Assembly (NCBI GenBank): GCA_964425515.1
Contig: CAYRNH010000002.1
Coordinates: 1-34,133 of the forward strand
Direction: 5' to 3'
DNA: 34,133 bases
DNA from: an uncultured Thiotrichaceae bacterium
GTDB taxonomy: Bacteria; Pseudomonadota; Gammaproteobacteria; SZUA-229
In this document: positions 30,775 to 34,133 of the stretch, piece after piece
Numbering within the stretch: the stretch's first letter is position 1
Layout: the number at the start of each line of letters is the position of its first letter
The notes under the pieces: generated by a model
Seen by the model: the letters and a program-made list of their open reading frames with translations, nothing else
Told to the model about the DNA's origin: nothing
Database searches by the model: none
Position numbers and translations under genes: made by a program

Positions 30775-32934
30775 ATGGACAATCATCTTTCTGATACCAA
30801 AAAATATCTACTGCTCATCAGCATACATGGTTTGATACGCGGCCATGATCTGGAGCTTGGCTGCGATGCGGACACGGGTGGCCAGATCAAGTATGTTGTC
30901 GACCTGGCGAAAGCGCTGGCACAGAGCGATGATGTGGCTCAGGTTGATCTGATCACACGTCGAATTATCGATCCTGCGGTCAGTGATGATTATGCCGCCC
31001 CAGTTGAAAAACTTTCTGACAAAGCGCGGATTGTGCGCATTAGTGCCGGACCTGACGAATACCTCCCCAAAGAACAGCTTTGGGACCATCTCGATAGTTT
31101 TACCGATAACCTGGTTGACTGGCTTAAGCAGCAATCGACTACGCCAGTGCTCGTGCACAGCCATTATGCAGATGCCGGCTACGTGGCCGTGCGACTGACA
31201 CATTTGCTTGCCATTCCACTGATACATACCGGTCATTCGCTCGGACGCGACAAGCGCAAACGCCTGCTGGCGCGCGGCCTGTCACGTGAGGCCATTGAAA
31301 AAACATACAATATTGGACGGCGCATCGACGCTGAAGAAGATGTGCTGGCCAATGCTGACATGGTGATTACCAGTACCCATAATGAAATTGAAGAACAGTA
31401 CAGTCTTTATAGCTACTACGATGCTGAGCGAATGGTTGTCATACCGCCAGGCACCGATCTGAAGCAATTTCATCCACCGGTTGAAAATGAAGATATTCTT
31501 TTCGCCAGACAGCTGGAACCGTTTCTCAACCATCCTGAAAAACCGATGATTTTGGCACTGTCGCGTCCCGACGAGCGTAAAAATATTCTTACACTGGTCG
31601 AGGCCTATGGTGAGTCTGAGGCTTTGCGACAGTCGGCTAATCTGCTGATTGTTGCGGGAAATCGTGACGACATCAGCGATATGGAGCCGGGTGCGCAGTC
31701 GGTGTTAACCAATATATTATTGTTGATCGACAGCTACAATCTTTATGGCAGCGTAGCAATACCGAAAAATCACCGTGCTGATGAGGTGGCAGATATCTAT
31801 CGTCTGGTGACTTCAGGGGGTGGTGTGTTCATCAATCCTGCACTGACCGAGCCTTTTGGGCTGACATTGCTTGAAGCAGCTGCGAGTGGTTTGCCGCTGG
31901 TGGCGACGGAAAATGGCGGACCTGTTGATATCATTGCCAACTGTAACAATGGTATTTTGATTGATCCTCTGGATAAGAGCGCTATTGCATCAGCCTTGCT
32001 TCATTTGCTGCGTGACCGTGATGCCTGGCGACTGGCTTCTCGAAATGGTATCGAAGGTGTGCGGCGACATTACTCCTGGCAGGCGCATGCTGAAACATAT
32101 CTCGCCAGGATTGATGAGGTCATTGCCCAATATAAACCGGCGCCACGAGCGAAACCGGTGACCCGTGCGCAGCGATATCGTGATCGTGCGATTTTTACTG
32201 ATCTTGATCAGAACCTGATTGGTAATCCTGAGGCACTGCAACGTTTTATCGAAGTGTTGCGAGAAAATCGCAAGTGCGTCACTTTTGGTATTGCTACCGG
32301 GCGCCGGATCGATGCCGCACTGGCGTTGATGAAAAAGCGGGGCATCATGATTCCGGATGTGTTGATCAGCAGCCTCGGCACTCGCATTCATTACGGCCGT
32401 AACCTGACCGAAGATTACAACTGGAGGAATCATATTGATCATCACTGGAACCCGCAGCAGGTTCGACGAGTGCTGGCTGAAGTGCCTGGACTGAAAATGC
32501 AGCCCAGAACTGAACAGGGCTCATTCAAGTTGTCATACTATTACGATCCCAAAATGGCACCTTCGCTGGACGAAATTATCACTCTGATACGACAGGCCGA
32601 GTTGACTGCCAATGTGATGTGCTCCTTTGGTCAGTTTTTAGATATTGTGCCCTCGCGAGCATCCAAGGGACAGGCGTTGCGATATGTTTCACAGCGTCTT
32701 GATATTCCACTGGAACATATTCTTGCAGCCGGGGGCTCGGGTGCGGATGATGATATGATGCGCGGTAATACACTCGCTGTGGTCGTCGCCAACCGGCACC
32801 ACGAAGAATTGTCAAAACTGGTCGATCAGGAACGCATTTACTTTGCTTCTCAGCCACACGCGCTTGGTATTCTTGAGGCCATTGATCATTATGACTTTTT
32901 CAATTCCTGTCAGGTGCCCTCCGTAGATGGTTGA
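30775..32934 (+). CDS. sps: Sucrose-phosphate synthase (GT4 glycosyltransferase domain plus C-terminal SPP-like HAD domain)
   Basis: The N-terminus YLLLISIHGLIRGHDLELGCDADTGGQIKYVVDLAKAL is the classic SPS signature. An EX7E-type motif is present (TEPFGLTLLEAAASGLP). The C-terminal ~250 aa is HAD-IIB-like. The track begins at TTG 30739; ATG 30775 (MDNHLSD) fits the family N-terminus better. Confidence 0.9.
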   Translation: MDNHLSDTKKYLLLISIHGLIRGHDLELGCDADTGGQIKYVVDLAKALAQSDDVAQVDLITRRIIDPAVSDDYAAPVEKLSDKARIVRISAGPDEYLPKEQLWDHLDSFTDNLVDWLKQQSTTPVLVHSHYADAGYVAVRLTHLLAIPLIHTGHSLGRDKRKRLLARGLSREAIEKTYNIGRRIDAEEDVLANADMVITSTHNEIEEQYSLYSYYDAERMVVIPPGTDLKQFHPPVENEDILFARQLEPFLNHPEKPMILALSRPDERKNILTLVEAYGESEALRQSANLLIVAGNRDDISDMEPGAQSVLTNILLLIDSYNLYGSVAIPKNHRADEVADIYRLVTSGGGVFINPALTEPFGLTLLEAAASGLPLVATENGGPVDIIANCNNGILIDPLDKSAIASALLHLLRDRDAWRLASRNGIEGVRRHYSWQAHAETYLARIDEVIAQYKPAPRAKPVTRAQRYRDRAIFTDLDQNLIGNPEALQRFIEVLRENRKCVTFGIATGRRIDAALALMKKRGIMIPDVLISSLGTRIHYGRNLTEDYNWRNHIDHHWNPQQVRRVLAEVPGLKMQPRTEQGSFKLSYYYDPKMAPSLDEIITLIRQAELTANVMCSFGQFLDIVPSRASKGQALRYVSQRLDIPLEHILAAGGSGADDDMMRGNTLAVVVANRHHEELSKLVDQERIYFASQPHALGILEAIDHYDFFNSCQVPSVDG

Positions 32935-33793
32935 TCGACTCCTGTTGTGTACCGATCTGGATCGTACCCTGATTCCCAACGGCAAGGCGCCGGAGTCCGC
33001 AGATGCGCGTGAGCATTTTGCGGCCCTGATGGCTCGCCCCGAAGTGACACTTGCTTATGTCAGTGGCAGGCATCGCGCACTGGTTGAACAGGCCATTTCA
33101 GAATACGATTTGCCGTTGCCGGATTTTGTGATAGGTGATGTCGGGACCACGCTTTATCATGTGGATGCGCAACAGAATTGGCAATTACAGAACACCTGGG
33201 AAAATGCGATTGCGCAGGACTGGAACGGCAAACATAGCGCTGACCTCGAAATCCTGCTGCACGATATTTCTGCATTGAAGCCACAGGAAGCTGAAAAGCA
33301 GAATCGTTTCAAGCTAAGTTATTATGTGAACTCGAATCAGGATCAGGACGCATTGACAGCAAAGATTCAGACAAGACTGCAAGCCGGGAATATAAAAGCA
33401 CGCATGGTATGGAGCCATGATGAAGCGGCCGCTGTTGACCTGCTTGATGTGCTGCCAGCGCGCGCTTCCAAATATCATGCGCTCGAAGCGCTGATGCAAC
33501 TGCAAGGCTTCGATTATGCCAGCACGGTGTTTAGTGGTGATAGTGGTAATGATCTTGAGGTGCTGGCCAGTCCGATTCCGGCTGTACTGGTGGCCAATGC
33601 CCATCCATCTGTGCGCGCGCTGGCGAGTCGTCTCGCGAGCGAGGGTGGGTATCATGAACAGCTGTATATCGCGCAGGGGGATTTTATGGGCATGAATGGC
33701 AATTACAGTGCCGGCATACTCGAGGGTGTTGCGCATTATTTACCTCAGACACTGGCCTGGATGGGTTTCGCTGCGGCGGGCGTAATGCCATGA
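32927..33793 (+). CDS. spp: HAD-IIB hydrolase, probable sucrose-6-phosphate phosphatase
   Basis: Canonical HAD motifs are present: DLDRT (32954-32968), SGR, a SK lysine, and GDSGND (33536-33553). It overlaps the sps stop by 8 nt (ATGGTTGA). Substrate is inferred from context. Confidence 0.75.
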   Translation: MVDRLLLCTDLDRTLIPNGKAPESADAREHFAALMARPEVTLAYVSGRHRALVEQAISEYDLPLPDFVIGDVGTTLYHVDAQQNWQLQNTWENAIAQDWNGKHSADLEILLHDISALKPQEAEKQNRFKLSYYVNSNQDQDALTAKIQTRLQAGNIKARMVWSHDEAAAVDLLDVLPARASKYHALEALMQLQGFDYASTVFSGDSGNDLEVLASPIPAVLVANAHPSVRALASRLASEGGYHEQLYIAQGDFMGMNGNYSAGILEGVAHYLPQTLAWMGFAAAGVMP

Positions 33794-34133
33794 GCGCGAG
33801 TCGACTGTGTATTTTTGGTGAAGTGTTGTTCGACCGTTTTCCGGATGGCAAGCGGGTGCTGGGCGGCGCGCCTTTCAATGTCGCCTGGCATTTACAGGCT
33901 TTTGCGCAGGCGCCGTATTTTATCAGCCGTGTGGGTCAGGATGCCGAAGGCGAATTGGTGCGTACTGCCATGCACGACTGGGGCATGGATCTGAACGGTC
34001 TGCAGCGCGATCCACAACGTGCGACCGGGCAGGTCAGTGTGACCTTTATCGATGGCGAACCGAGTTACGAGATTGTCGAAGACTGTGCGTATGATGCTGT
34101 TGATGCAACACAGCTTGATGAAGTGAATTGTCG
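33790..34133 (+). CDS. PfkB-family carbohydrate kinase (probable fructokinase), 5' partial, runs off the window
   Basis: The ATG at 33790 overlaps the spp stop (ATGA). My translation, MSASRLCIFGEVLFDRFPDGKRVLGGAPFNVAWHLQAFAQ..., has the GEVLFD / GGAPFNVA pattern of bacterial fructokinases. It is absent from the ORF track because no stop codon lies in the window. Confidence 0.75.
   Translation, partial: MSASRLCIFGEVLFDRFPDGKRVLGGAPFNVAWHLQAFAQAPYFISRVGQDAEGELVRTAMHDWGMDLNGLQRDPQRATGQVSVTFIDGEPSYEIVEDCAYDAVDATQLDEVNC

Noticed and set aside
30600-30782. 60-aa minus-strand ORF between the EAL remnant and sps
   Set aside because: It overlaps the tail of the pseudogene, the candidate sps promoter and the sps start codon. 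It has no motifs and sits at the minimum length threshold.

Overview
Most of this window is a complete, colinear division/cell-wall (dcw) cluster of the non-enteric gammaproteobacterial type. A near-consensus promoter and a three-box MraZ operator precede mraZ-rsmH-ftsL-ftsI-murE-murF-mraY-murD-ftsW-murG-murC-murB-ddl-ftsQ-ftsA-ftsZ-lpxC (176-19013, all + strand). Most junctions have overlapping stop and start codons. Next come a convergent DUF721/DciA-like gene, an apparently catalytically intact M23 peptidase, secA, argJ and a Nudix(MutT)-ThiE/TenI-like fusion (to 25531). From about 25.5 to 30.8 kb the character changes. This stretch holds a long YeiH/UPF0324-like membrane protein with a 66-aa Cys4 protein, a 548-nt gap with no credible ORF, a methyl-accepting chemotaxis protein with no sensor domain, a class I SAM methyltransferase, and a decayed 3' remnant of an EAL (c-di-GMP phosphodiesterase) gene. 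Spot GC counts there are clearly lower than in the flanking core genes. The window ends with a sucrose (compatible-solute) module: sps (glycosyltransferase plus SPP-like domain), a stand-alone spp, and the 5' part of a PfkB fructokinase that runs off the end. I found no rRNA, tRNA, CRISPR array, IS element or recognisable defence or toxin system, and I do not see a convincing novel multi-gene system. The best candidates for undescribed biology are the transporter/Cys4 pair, the sensor-less MCP patch with the EAL gene remnant, and the regulatory architecture of the sucrose genes. All identifications come from motif-level reading of the supplied translations and the nucleotide sequence. No database search or folding computation was possible.
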